Source: Chiloscyllium plagiosum | Taxonomy: Eukaryota | Length of the DNA stretch: 64,000 bases | Assembly: GCF_004010195.1 (NCBI RefSeq) | Contig: NC_057718.1 | Span: 53,261,015 to 53,325,014 of the forward strand | Reading direction: 5' to 3' | Shown: piece by piece, positions 52,701 to 64,000 of the stretch | Layout of the letters: each line of letters opens with the position of its first letter | Position numbering within the stretch: position 1 is the stretch's first letter | The notes under the pieces: generated by a model | The model's database searches: none | What the model was told of the DNA's origin: nothing | Seen by the model: only the letters and a program-made list of their open reading frames with translations | Made by a program: the position numbers and the translations under genes

Positions 52701-54279
52701 AATAATGAGGCCACAAGGCCTTGAACACATATTTAGGTAAAAACTAGGCGTGCAAGACCCCAAAGTTTCTGACTAGCTAGCAGGGAGGGGAAGGTGCGTG
52801 GTGACAGTACATGGGACCTGAAGGGTAGGAAGTCTGATTGAAGTTTCTGTGATTAAAATCCTTGGTTTTAGTTCTAATAGTGTTTAGTATACCTAATAAT
52901 GTATTTAATAATATTACTGTCCTTAGTATAATTGATTGCGTTACTTTCTCTGTTTAGAGTATTTATCTTTCTTTCTCGTATTATACTTTCCTTTTGTAAT
53001 GTAAACAAATGCAGAAATTCTTTTGCCCTGAAACACCTGTCAACTGCCTTCATCATCTCACATTCCCTAAATAAATCCAGTGTTTAGATCCAGGGATCTG
53101 GGGTGATTTGAACCATATAAAAACAACAAATTACTGATTGCAAACCAGAACCCATATCCTTGCACATTTAGCTCCAACTTTTGATTGCCTTGAAAGATTG
53201 TTTAAAGAAGTCTAATCTGTAAACTGCTGTGAGGAAATTTCTGTAACCTTCCTTCAAATTGCAATATTGTCACATTAAAGTGATTTATCTCCATTTGCAA
53301 AGTGCTGATGTGTAAAGAATGTGAGCACACGGAAAACAGAGGAAACACTTGTTGGCTGCTTTTTAATGTGTGAATGAGACTTTTGAACATTTTTACGTGA
53401 GAAAGCTAGTGATTTTCACAACACAGAAATAATTTTCAGATTGTAATATTTTCAAGCTATCTGCCATGAAATAATTCAGAAATAGAAATGAAGATATCTG
53501 AATATCAGTGCATTAGATTATCTAAGCAGAATTATAGCTCTCTAAAGGACACTTGGGACAACATCTCATAGATGGCCTTCGTGTTCCAACACACTTAGCT
53601 CAATATAATTGTAACTTGACATTAAGCAGAGAGGTTCCAGACATCAAGCATGCAAATTTTAAAAATCTGAATTTAAAAATAATATGACAAAGCAGGACCT
53701 AGCTGACAGACCTATACAAGGTGATACCACCTGTGCAAGATGCCGATAAGAGAGATTATTACTTGTTATCACACTCTGTAACTAGACACTTCACTTTAAT
53801 ATGCTGCTTCCTGTTCTACCACCCTCCATAAGGAAACTCAGACTAATTATTCTGGACTGGATATCTGAGCGGGTACCAAGTGACTCCAGCTCACTCCTCT
53901 GGACCTCCATCTTGGAAACCTGGCAGCAAAGATTCAAGGCATTTCCCAGACCATTGACTGCATTCCATAACCACAAGAGCTGACTCCTGACAACCACTAA
54001 CCTTATCAAACCCTGGTGATACATTTCCCATGCCCTTACAATATAGTTCTGTATTTTAAAACTGTATCTCGGGGTACACCTTCAACTAGCACAGACAATT
54101 TGCAGCCAGGGACAATTATCCAACTCACTGACTGGGCCAAGTTGTGTCAAAGGGTGCTTGAATGCTCCCTTGGTGCTCTCCCACTTAGCATGTTCACAGC
54201 ATCTCTAACCTGTCTTGCAGTACCATTGGGGCACAGTGCTATCAGTGCAGTGTTTTCTCAACCAAGTCTCGTGATTTAA

Positions 54280-55450
54280 TAATATTGTGATACTTGCTTC
54301 AGTGCCAAAACTGAAATTCATAAGATGTCCCTTGACATAAATATTAACTTGCTAAAACGTGAAGCCTGGGTCACTTATTTCCTCTGGAAAAATATTGTGT
54401 TTGTGTTCTTCTGGAGATTGTTTTACCCATTTATCACTTTCTTTCCATAAAGTTCTTTAGCCATTTGCTTTTTCATGGTTGTGTCTTGTTCAACATACTT
54501 TCAAATAGTGACCTATTATTTTACAATTAAAGTGCTAGGTTTGATAGTTTGGTATTGTTCATACCAGTAAAATTTCTTCAGGATTATTGGCAAGAACATC
54601 TAATACCTAGTGCATGTAATTCCCATTGCATTGGCTTGTGAGTTGCATCTTTTGTGGTTCTCTAACTTAAGAATCAAATGGATTCTGAAGATCTCTGATT
54701 CAAAACTTTGTCTTCCCCACCTACAATTGATCTATATTCCTTTATTCTGCTTCACTCATTGTCCAAATGATTTTCTTGAGGGTAGGTCCTTTTTGATTGT
54801 AATAAACTGACAAAGACTCATCAGTAATATTTACAACAATTTGATCTCCCCAGAATTCTGATTTTCCATCAATGTAATTACATTCCTTCCACTAATCTGT
54901 AGAGATCACGATGGAAATTATCAATGGATTCACCAGGATGCTGAACTCTTCCAATCTTGCTATTCAAGAACTTTAACAATTTGCATGGTGAATTAATTAT
55001 CAAATGTGTTGAGTATGTCTTAGAGTGTATCTGTTTCTTTATGTCTCCCTTGAGTAAGCTAGAATATCAGCTGATGTACATTCATTTATATACATATTTG
55101 TTCAGTTTCTGATTTAGTAAGCTATTCTGTCCCTCAAAAGTTGTTTTCTCCAGGATATCGATGATTGTGTTATATTTGCCAATCTCTGAAATTAAATCTC
55201 CCTGGCAATCGTCTTTCTGATGCCATGGATTCCTAATATGATTAAGTATCTAATCTGTTTTAATTTGTTTTAGTTTGTTTACTCACCAACTGAGCTGAGA
55301 CTTGGGTCTGCTTCCCAAAACCACTGTCTCATAATGTAGCCTGTATCACTGCCTTGAGGTTGCAGATTTCTTCTGTTGGAGTTTGTCTCTCTTTAAGTCT
55401 GAAATACTTTTTGACATTGTCTTCAAAGTTGATTGTTACCACAAGTTTTT
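54280..55450 (-). mobile_element. Gypsy gag-protease remnant
   Basis: RVQHPGESIDNFHRDLYRLVEG..DQIVVNITDESLS; protease-like FSFGTEASITIL. Confidence 0.7.
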
Positions 55451-55506
55451 CTTCTCTCTGGTTCATCAGGTCTTCAGATTTTAACCAATGATCTTCACTG
55501 CACTAC

Positions 55507-56071
55507 TTATTATGCTAAACGAGTGGACTGATTAGTTTTCAGATCCGAATCAGATTGCCACTACTGTTCACCATGTTGTATTGTGAAGCAAAATCAAATC
55601 TTAAGATCACCACAGCTACCCACCATGTTCTATGTGCTGCCAACAATATTTTGCAGACATATGTTTCGCTAAGGACTGCATGCCTTCTGTGGATGAGGAC
55701 AGATATTTTCTAACTAGGAGAGTCTCCTGTAGTAAACAAGATGTAGTTTATTTTGACTCTGCGATTATTTGATGTTGCAAGGATATGATATGCATTTTCA
55801 CAGAAACTGTTAGCTGGGCATGGTCTGAGATTTCACTCTTGCGAGATATTTCATTACTTTCCTCACCATTTCATCACAATAATGATGGTCATGGCACTCA
55901 TTCAGTATTAACTATTTCAAACGCTTGTACAGCAAACAACAGAGAAGATGCACAGTTTTACAGCAGAGAAATGTTGTCCCTAGCAACTTTTGTGAACAGT
56001 AACGTTGCAAGAAGGTGGAATATCTCTAAAAGGAAGAAACATTTAGGATCTTTGGTTAGTGTGGAAGAGAG
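55507..56071 (-). pseudogene. two pseudo-exons, 56071-55867 and 55726-55507
   Basis: donor atg|gtgagg, acceptor ttgtttactacag|, compatible phase-1 junction; second exon includes KISVLIHRRHAVLSETYVCKILLAAHRTWWVAVVILRFDF. Confidence 0.5.
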
Positions 56072-56634
56072 CTAAATGTCAGCATTGATGCAATTGATTT
56101 TGGGTTACCAAAGTGAAACTGCTCATCAATTGTAGACTTGGTTCACACTGAAGAATTTCCTTATAAACTGGATAAAGCATTCAGACAGTTTGTAGTATGT
56201 AATAACTGTTAATAAAGAACTGCAGTCTCCTGAAGCATTGCTGAGGGCTCACGGTTAAGTAACCTGCCTGGACCATTAGGTTGAGGCATAGGTGACAAGA
56301 GGTAGGGGTACAGGCCTCCTATGGCACTGATTCAACCGGACAACACCCCTATAATTCTTCTCTCCCTCTTTCTCCAAGCAGAATAGGTCAAGCCCCAAGG
56401 AAGATTTAATCAGGCCAATGGAAAAATGACAGATGTTTAAAAATCATTGAACTGAAATATACTTGACAGAGGTATCTTCAAGAAGGGCCCAACATCATCT
56501 TTCCCATCTGCAATAACGCCACATTCAATAATAACTACATTAATGCTAATCCTCTCTGCTTCCTTTATTCTATTTAGCCATGTAGTCCATATTCTGGGTA
56601 ACAAAGGTCAACACTTCCTGTTAATGACATCTAC

Positions 56635-56757
56635 CTTGTGTCAACAGTCCATGAACCTTTGCAGAGCTGCCTCACAATGAGAGCTATGCTATCATCAGAA
56701 ATGTGTTCATGCAAATAAGTGGTGGACTCAAGCAAAGTTATTGCAATCAGTTCCATT
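56635..56757 (-). pseudogene. pseudo-exon MELIAITLLESTTYLHEHISDDSIALIVRQLCKGSWTVDT
   Basis: strong polypyrimidine acceptor (ctcttcctttcttacttgtatctcattttccag|), donor ag|gtagat; 123 nt, stop-free, phase 2 to 2. Confidence 0.6.
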
Positions 56758-57209
56758 CTGGAAAATGAGATACAAGTAAGAAAGGAAGAGCAGTGTCAGA
56801 TATAAAGAACCCTATATAATAATTTCTTCAGTCCTGCAAATTGATATAGATATCATTTAAGCCAATACATATTAATAGTGGGAGAATAAATGTGATGATG
56901 GGCTCAGCCCTCATTGTCTGGGGTTATAGCCCACATTTTCCAGCAAGAAGTGTATTAGTGACAACCTGTGAAGTGTTTAGAGAATGTGCCCATCATGGTT
57001 GACTGGAGAGTAAGCAACATTTCTGAGGGTGTCATGTTTCTTGTCCACCAATATTCAATTTACTATCGCTTCTGGTATTTGACCAGGTATTTACTATAAC
57101 TCATGTCCACAGCCATGTCACATTTCTCAGTGACTGCCCCCCATGTGATTCCAACTCATCTTTCTTCAAGGTGGGCATGACTGAAAGAAAACTGGCAGTG
57201 AGCTAAGTA

Positions 57210-58885
57210 CTAAATAAAAACTGAAAGAACTGCAGATGCTGTAAATCAGAAACAAAAATAGAAGTTGCTAGAAAAGCTCAGCAGGTTTGGCAGTATTGCT
57301 GGAAAGAAATCTGAGTTAACATTTCAAGTCCTTCCTCAAAACTGATGGCAGCTAGGAAAATGTTGGTTTATATGCAGAAGATAGGGTGGGGGAAGGGTAA
57401 GGAGTAAATGATAAGTGGGGATAGAGCCCAAGGAGAGAGAAGAGCAGTTGGAAAGACAAAGGAGTGGATAATGATCGGGCTAGGAGGGTGAATAGCTGTT
57501 AATGGGGACTGTTAGTGGCTGACAATGGGTTGTGTGTAATAGCAGACTATGTAATACCAAGGCCTGGTGTGTGGGGTGTTAAGGTAAGGACATGGGAGAG
57601 TTCAGACCCTAAAGTTACTGAACTCGATACAGTATTGAGTCCAGAAGACTGCAGGATCCCCTAATGGAAAATAAGGTGATGTTCTTTCAGCTTGCAGAGC
57701 TTCACATGGAGCACTGCAGCAAGCCTGAGACAGAGATCTAGCCTTTTGGATTCAATATCAAACACAATACATTTAGGGCCTGAGCTCTCTAATACCTTTA
57801 CCCCAACCTCCACAACCTGGCCTTGATAGCACATATTCTACCATTACACACCACCCATTGTTAGCCACTAACAGTCCCCATGAACAACTATTCATCCTCC
57901 CAGATCATTATCCACTCTTTTGTCTGTCTAACTGCACTTATCTCTCTTTGGGCTCTATTCCCATTTATTATTTACTCCTTATCCCCTCCCCCCACACTAT
58001 CTTCTACATATAAACCAACATTTCCCTGGCTACCATCAGTTCTGAGGAAGGGTGACTCATGTTACGAAATTGAAGGCATGTACTGTACCTTTAAGAGAGG
58101 GTGAAAGTTGTTTTGCAATGAAATCTTGCAGACACCTGTCACGTGACTGACTAGCAGTCTCAGTGTATACTGGAACATTGAAAATGTGTTACATTTGGCT
58201 GTGAAGCAAATACTTCAGTTTTGTTTGCTATGTTTGTTATGTGGTTCAAATTTAACCAACCAGTTTAAATTATGCCCCAGGATACAAAAACTAAATCGAA
58301 TTTGAATTTAATGTTTTGACAACATCAAACCAAAGAGACGATCCAATGTTTGGGGTATAAAGAAGCAGACATTTTGAGAATTAGCAAGACAGAGTGACCA
58401 ACTGCCATCGCCAGAGTTACTGCAAGTAAAGCACTCACTACCAAAGGTACCTTTGTCATATGAAACATCTTTGCAGCAAAAGACCGAAGACAACACAGGG
58501 AGATCCATAGCCAAAGGAAGGAGGACACCGAAGATGACAGCCGTTGTCTGGTTTTGAAAATTAAGTTGATATAATTTTAATATGGGTGGTTATTGGAACA
58601 GTATAACCAACCTTTAAGAGAAAGGAGGCTTAGAATTGTAAATAGTTGTTGTTTAATGTTCACCTTTAGAGTTAAAGAATATATAGATATTTTTCCTTTA
58701 AATAGTGGAAGTTGGGGGTTTTCTGTCACTCATGCTTTAACAGATTATGTGGCAAGGTGAGCTTTTTTAATTAACAGATGGGTTCACTGCTGTGTCGTAA
58801 CACTCGATCAGGAAAATTAACTCTGATTTCTCTCCACAGATGCTGCCATACCTGCTGCACTTTTCCAGCAATTTCTATTTTTGCC
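57210..58885. mobile_element. Penelope-like element with inverted halves, interrupted by a solo LTR
   Basis: 57250-57580 is inverted at 57800-58050 plus 58803-58885. Confidence 0.75.
58060..58802. mobile_element. solo LTR (Gypsy-like)
   Basis: TGTTACGA...TCGTAACA termini; 4-bp flanks ctca/ctcg. Confidence 0.85.
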
Positions 58886-59159
58886 TTAGAAGAGAAGTAC
58901 ATTGCCTTCATAATTTGACAATGACTATGAGGCCCTTAAACTCCTTTTAACATTGCATCTATGTCTAGGAGCTGAGCTCCTGGCACTGATCTCCTCTGCA
59001 ATGTCTTTACATTAACAGCAGAGGTGTTGCCTTGAGGCTATCATGCTGCTGGGCTGAGAATCTCTCTGATTCTGACCACTACATCAGGTCTCCAAGAACC
59101 ATCAGAAGGCATTGATATCTACTTATACCCATTTCCCAGTATAGATCGATCTACTGTAA

Positions 59160-59920
59160 CATTTGAGCCACGCAAATGCCAGGCTATGATCATCACCAAT
59201 AAGAAACAATCTAACTACCACACCTTGACATTGAATAGAGTTATTATCACTGATCCTCATTATCAACATCCTGAAGGTTTTCATTGACCAAAAACTCCAC
59301 TGGACTCACTACATAAACACAGTGTCTTCAAAAGCAGGTCAAATGTTAGCAATACTGCGGCAAGTAACTCACTGCCTGACTCCTCAAAGCCTGTCCACCA
59401 TCAACAAGGCACAAGTCAGGAGTGTGCTGTAATACTCCCCACTTGCCTAGATGCATACAGCTCCAACAACACTCAAGAAACTTGACACTACCCAGGACAA
59501 AGCAGCCATTTGATTTGCACTACATCCAAAAACATCCACTCCCTCCACCACCAATGCTCAGTAGCAGCAGAGTGTACTATCTATAAGATGTATTGCAGAA
59601 ATTCACCAAAGATCCTCAGACAGCACCTTCCTAACCCACAACCACTTCCACCTAAAAGGATAAGAACAGTAAAGACATCGCTACAACACCACCTTCAAGT
59701 TCCTCTCCAAACCATTACCATCTTGACTTCAAAATATATTGTCGTTCCTTCACTGACACTAGGTCAAAATCCTTCAGTAATGGCATAGTGAGTCAACCCA
59801 CAGCAGGTGGGCTGCAGCGGTCCAAGAAGGCAGCTCACCATCACCTTCTCAAGGGCAACTAGAGATGGACAATAAATGCTGGCTGGCCAGCAATGCCCAC
59901 ATCCCACAAATTAATAAATA
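59160..59920 (+). mobile_element. CR1/L2-group LINE 3' fragment (tail shared with Deu SINEs)
   Basis: IDQKLHWTHYINTV..KAQVRSVL.YSPLA..LKKLDTTQDKAA; the same tail recurs at 18470-18560 (minus). Confidence 0.8.
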
Positions 59921-59947
59921 ACATAAACTTGTTGGCTGTCGCTAGAG

Positions 59948-60291
59948 TTAACCCTTGAAGAAGGATTTACTGCCTGTGACTGACATAGAGACACCAATAT
60001 CTAGCCATCCAAATAGTTGTGCATTAATAAATAGAACTGGCTTCGCACATACTTCACAATAATAAGCAGGCAGCACAAATATTGTGCCCTGCCTTGGAGA
60101 ACATTTCCAGGTGGCTGCAATGTACAGCCTTTATTAGGCATGATCAAATTTTAGGTAATTACATTTGTGGTTTTCCAATAAATCTTTGTCATGCTCAGAA
60201 ACAGTGCAATACCTTAATTCGAGTAGAACATCAGCTGTGGCTGACAGTAATTTACGTATGAGAAGTCAAGACAAAGTGCAGAATTCAGTTC
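59948..60291 (-). pseudogene. two pseudo-exons, 60291-60213 and 60128-~59950 (LYIAATWKCSPRQGTIFVLPAYYCEVCAKPVLFINAQLFGWLDIGVSMSVTGSKSFFKG)
   Basis: 84-nt GT-AG intron with a compatible phase-2 junction; second exon open for 59 codons. Confidence 0.55.
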
Positions 60292-61612
60292 CTGTAGATT
60301 CAGAAAATTGGGCGATAATTAGTTCCAGACAGAGAAGGAGTTAAAGGGTGATATCTATCCAGGAAATGAAGATTAGAGGGAAAGAGGAAATGACAATAGG
60401 CAGCAACGGAAGAAATAGGAGGACATGAGAGAGGAGTGGATAGAGGAGGGTTGGTAGTGCTAATACCAGATAGTTAGTGTGTTACTCAGAATAATCTTGG
60501 CTCAGTTCCCACTCAGGTTGAGCCAGACTTGATGTCTGCCTCCTTGCCTTTCCCTATAGTGAAACATAGCTATGAGTCATGGAACAACAATCCTCAAATA
60601 TTCGAGGATGCTATCCAGAGAAAATAAAGGAAGAGGAAAAAAGAAAATTAAAGCCAGAGACAAGGATGATGAAAATGATTGCAAGCAAGAGATGTGGGTA
60701 AATAATAGAAACAAAAGGCAGAGCCTTCCCAACTGCTGAATGATATTGGCAGTGGTGAGTCAGATGGGAAAAATAGATCTTTGATGTTGAGAAAAAAGTC
60801 CAATTCTGCAACCAAGTCTAGAAGAACTAAACAACAATTGCACAACTATGCAGTGAGAGCTCTATTTGCATTCATTTGCATGAATTAACATGCCATCAAT
60901 ACCTAATATCAACTTGCAGTTTCCTACTCTCCCATGTCAGGCCGAAACAAAATGGCCACATTTTGCACAAAAAACATCAGCACAATTCCCAGCAACCTTG
61001 ACAGATAGTTCTGAACTGACAACACTTTACCTCTTGCACAACTGCACTTGAAAAATGGCAGTGGTGCTGGGATTCCTGGGATAGTGGCAAGAGGGAAGAT
61101 AGGATGAATGGGAAACCATGGAATCATAGTGTATAAATAATGAGTCAAAATGGTGACAGCAATGGGAAGAAACTTACGGAGAGAAACATTCAATGAAATT
61201 GATGCTGAGCTGCTGTCTGGTAAAATTCAGCCCAAAGACTGAGAACCTATCTCAAAATTGAATGTTGGCCCACTCTTTCATGAGTGAGGAGGAGCAGTGA
61301 ATTCCCCATACGGTATGGTTGAAAGTTTTCTGTCAGCAGTGGGACAGAATTCTATTTGACATTTCTTTCTGGAAATTCCTTTTGGTTAACAAAGTAGTGG
61401 GTGAGTAGCCTAAAGCTTTTCTTCCACATTGCAAAAATTCCTGTAATTCTGGGAGGATAGTTTTGGGATTACTATCTGCAAACAATAAATCTAGAGAGAT
61501 GGGGGAGTGTGGGGAAGCTAATGTTCAGACATGAGAACTATGTGAAATAATATGAAGACAAAGCCCAAATTAAACATTAGTGATTTTAGTGGATTTTACC
61601 AATACAATATAC

Positions 61613-61831
61613 CCGCTAGTCACAAATATGTTACAAAGGGTTATATGTACAATCACTCAACACTCTGCCTTCTGCAATGGAAATCTACAGCAATTGACCA
61701 ACTTGTCAGCTGAAGGACTGAATGACTCTGTGCAATATTTTTATATCTTTCTTTCCCAAATATCAAGATGTTTCATTGACAAGATTATATGATGCCATAG
61801 ATGTTCAACTTAAGCTGTACTTGCAAGGCAT
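61613..61831 (-). pseudogene. pseudo-exon (CLASTA*VEHLWHHIILSMKHLDIWERKI...)
   Basis: acceptor gatttag|, donor gg|gtatat; 219 nt, phase 2 to 2. Confidence 0.45.
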
Positions 61832-61879
61832 CTAAATCTATGTTCAAACTATTTTAGTTGAAGTGATCTTGATATATAT

Positions 61880-62265
61880 CTGTTTGTACTCATTGAAATT
61901 TAGATGAATGAGAGGCATCCTTATTGAAACCTATAAGATTCTTAGGGGACTTGACAGGTTAGATGTTAACAGATTGTTTCTCTTTGTCAGAGGGTCCAGG
62001 ACCAGCGGGCATAATCTCAGATTAAGGGGTTATGCATTTAAAACAAAGATGAGGAACAATGTCTTCTCTCAGAGGATAATGTATCTGTGGAATTTCTACT
62101 GCATAGGGCTGTTGAGGCTATGTCATTCAGTATATTCAAAGCTCAAATGGACTGATTTTTAATCAGAAGGGAATCATGGGTTGGGGGGAAAAGCAGCAAA
62201 ATGGAGTTGAAACTTATCAAATCAGCCATTGAATAGGCCAAATAGCCTACTTCTGTTCCTATGTT
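61880..62265 (+). mobile_element. CR1 3' fragment
   Basis: RGILIETYKILRGLDR. Confidence 0.85.
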
Positions 62266-62314
62266 TTGCAATTTTTTATGGTCTTAAACATCCTTTGGAA
62301 AGGATTATGTTCAG

Positions 62315-62555
62315 GATCTGTGGCTCAGCAGTTGGCACTACTGTCTCACAGCACCAGAGTCCCAGGTTCAATTCTAGCCTCAGGTGACTATCTGTGTGGA
62401 GTTTACACATTCTCCCTGTGTCTGTGTGGGTTTCCTCCTGCAGGCCAGGTGAATTGGCCATGCTAAATTATCCACAGTGTTAGGTGCATTAGTCAGAGGG
62501 AAAAATGGGCCTGGGTGGGTTACTCTATGGAGGGCCTGTTCCCACACTAATCTAA
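62315..62555 (+). mobile_element. V-SINE with internal deletions
   Basis: tRNA-like head and V domain. Confidence 0.8.
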
Positions 62556-62590
62556 AATTATCATCTTCCTTTCTTGCTCACACACGTTAC

Positions 62591-62810
62591 TTGACGGACT
62601 AAAAACAGAGTGCATGTGGTTATGCACATGAACAAAATCATGTCTTCTTATGGGGTGAATTCCAATCCATTTAAAATGGAAGCACATTGATATTTTCAAT
62701 CAAGACGTCTTTTTCTGCAGCTTTCAAAACACTTAGTCAGACAGACATGAGGGATACAGTTTTCATCACAGTGAAGAGCTTTACCATTGTGGTGAAAATA
62801 ATGGGAACAC
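62591..62810 (-). pseudogene. pseudo-exon (VPIIFTTMVKLFTVMKTVSLMSV*LSVLKAAEKDVLIENINVLPF...)
   Basis: acceptor atattcag|, donor aa|gtaacg; 220 nt = phase 1 to 2, matching the phase-2 start of 61831-61613. Confidence 0.5.
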
Positions 62811-62892
62811 CTGAATATTATAAGCCCGCTTTTTTGCAGCAATGGAAATGCAGGTAGTGTGCACTTTGCACACATTCATTTTAGGTAGGTAC

Positions 62893-63230
62893 CTGATCAT
62901 TTTAATCATCACTTGCCTCCACTATACTGGTAACTTGACACCTTGGAGTGTGCAATCTAAAGTGTGCAGATTAGACCTGGTAAAAGCACAACTGTATTTT
63001 GTGGATTCATTTGGACAGCCAGGATGATCCTTTGGATCGGTTGCTGGGACACATAAAGAGGAGGGAAGTTGCCTTTTGGTAAGGGCTAAGACCTTTGGAG
63101 GAAAGTCAGGTGCTCTTTAGGAAAAGCAAAATGCTCTTTTGGATAAAAGTGGGCATTGATCTGTGTAAACAGCATGCAAACTCATTCCTGTCAATCTTAT
63201 TGGAGCTATCAACACAGCTGTCAAAAGTAA
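62893..63230 (-). pseudogene. pseudo-exon (TFDSCVDSSNKIDRNEFACCLHRSMPTFIQKSILLFLKST*...)
   Basis: acceptor ttattaatag|, donor cag|gtacct; 4 stops in ~112 codons. Confidence 0.45.
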
Positions 63231-64000
63231 CTATTAATAATAATATCTGAATAAAATATCTGAACTGTTAAAAACAATTGTTTGCCTCCATCTAGGCATG
63301 TGGATAACATTCTATCACATTCTTGCCCTGTGCCTAGTGGGTGGTGAATAAACATTGGAGACAGGAAGTGAGTTACTTGTCATGGAATTCCGAACCAATG
63401 ATTTTCTCTTGTAGCCACTATATTTTCATAGCTCACACAGTTTATTTTACATGTTAACGGTAACCTCCAAGACTTTTCACTGTACTTCAGTACATGTGAT
63501 AACAATAAATCAAATCAAACCAAATCCTCGATTTGAAGATGGGATTTCATTTACAGAAGGCCTGTGCAGTGAATACTCCTACCAAAATGGTCATGAACAG
63601 ATACATGTGTCACTGCAACTTCACAATGTCTGTGCCTTCCATCTATTGTACAATGGGCAAACACATCTGCTACAGGCCAAGATTACAAATAGAATCAAGT
63701 TTTTTGACCTCTGTGAACTTGACCCCAGTTCTCATGCTCTGTTTTACATGTTACTCATGTCACTCTACTCTATCACTCCACCTCTGCCATCAATCCTCAG
63801 GCCTTTAACATGGTCTCTTACTGCTGGCAGTCATTAAGACCTGAATCAACCAGAATTTCCTCCAGCTTGCTAATGGCAGAGCCAAAGCCACATTTTCCAT
63901 TTCTTAACAGCAGTTTTGTGTTTCTTGCTCTGTGCCCCACCTCAAGCTAAACCTAGAGTTATGAATCCTTGGCATGATGCTTAATCCCAGACTGAGTTTC

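Larger units (their letters stand above)
5650..63230 (-). pseudogene. Large multi-exon pseudogene (or co-oriented gene series) of unidentified family, fragmented by TEs and an internal inversion
   Basis: About 30 minus-strand segments bounded by AG acceptors and GT donors. Many adjacent pairs are phase-compatible and several are stop-free (56757-56635, 44729-44502, 17725-17401, 16993-16926, 12785-12690); others carry in-frame stops or indels. No family recognised. Probably extends beyond these limits. Confidence 0.7.

Noticed and set aside
60068..60094. Small hairpin resembling miR-15/16-type sequence
   Set aside because: Too short for a pre-miRNA, no exact mature match, and it lies within a pseudo-exon.
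5650..63230. Alternative genetic code (stop reassignment) to explain the many in-frame stops
   Set aside because: All three stop codons occur, CAA/CAG/CGA remain in use, and there are frameshifts and exonic TE insertions. Ordinary decay is sufficient.
1..64000. CRISPR arrays, prokaryotic operons or non-retroviral viral genes
   Set aside because: No repeat-spacer arrays or recognisable viral hallmark motifs were seen.

Overview
Repeat-rich vertebrate genomic DNA. The CR1 LINEs with (GTTCTAT)n/(ATGACTCT)n tails, V-SINEs with TAATC tails, Deu-type SINE and Penelope families point to a cartilaginous fish, probably a shark (inference). I found no intact protein-coding gene, rRNA, tRNA gene or CRISPR array. 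More than half of the window is decayed TEs: CR1, V-SINE, three Gypsy remnants, a solo LTR, RTE, Harbinger-type Myb/SANT exons, and Penelope-like elements carrying minimal hammerhead ribozyme motifs. The main hidden structure is in the unique DNA between the TEs. It reads on the minus strand as a chain of about 30 or more GT-AG-bounded, mostly phase-compatible exon-like segments from ~63.2 kb down to ~5.6 kb, with unusually short native introns (~55-270 nt). I interpret this as a very large pseudogene (or a co-oriented gene series) that I cannot identify. It is broken by stops, frameshifts, exonic TE insertions and a ~1.5-kb internal inversion flanked by a 200-bp inverted duplication. Exon frames were read by eye, so several are ambiguous and need a homology search.
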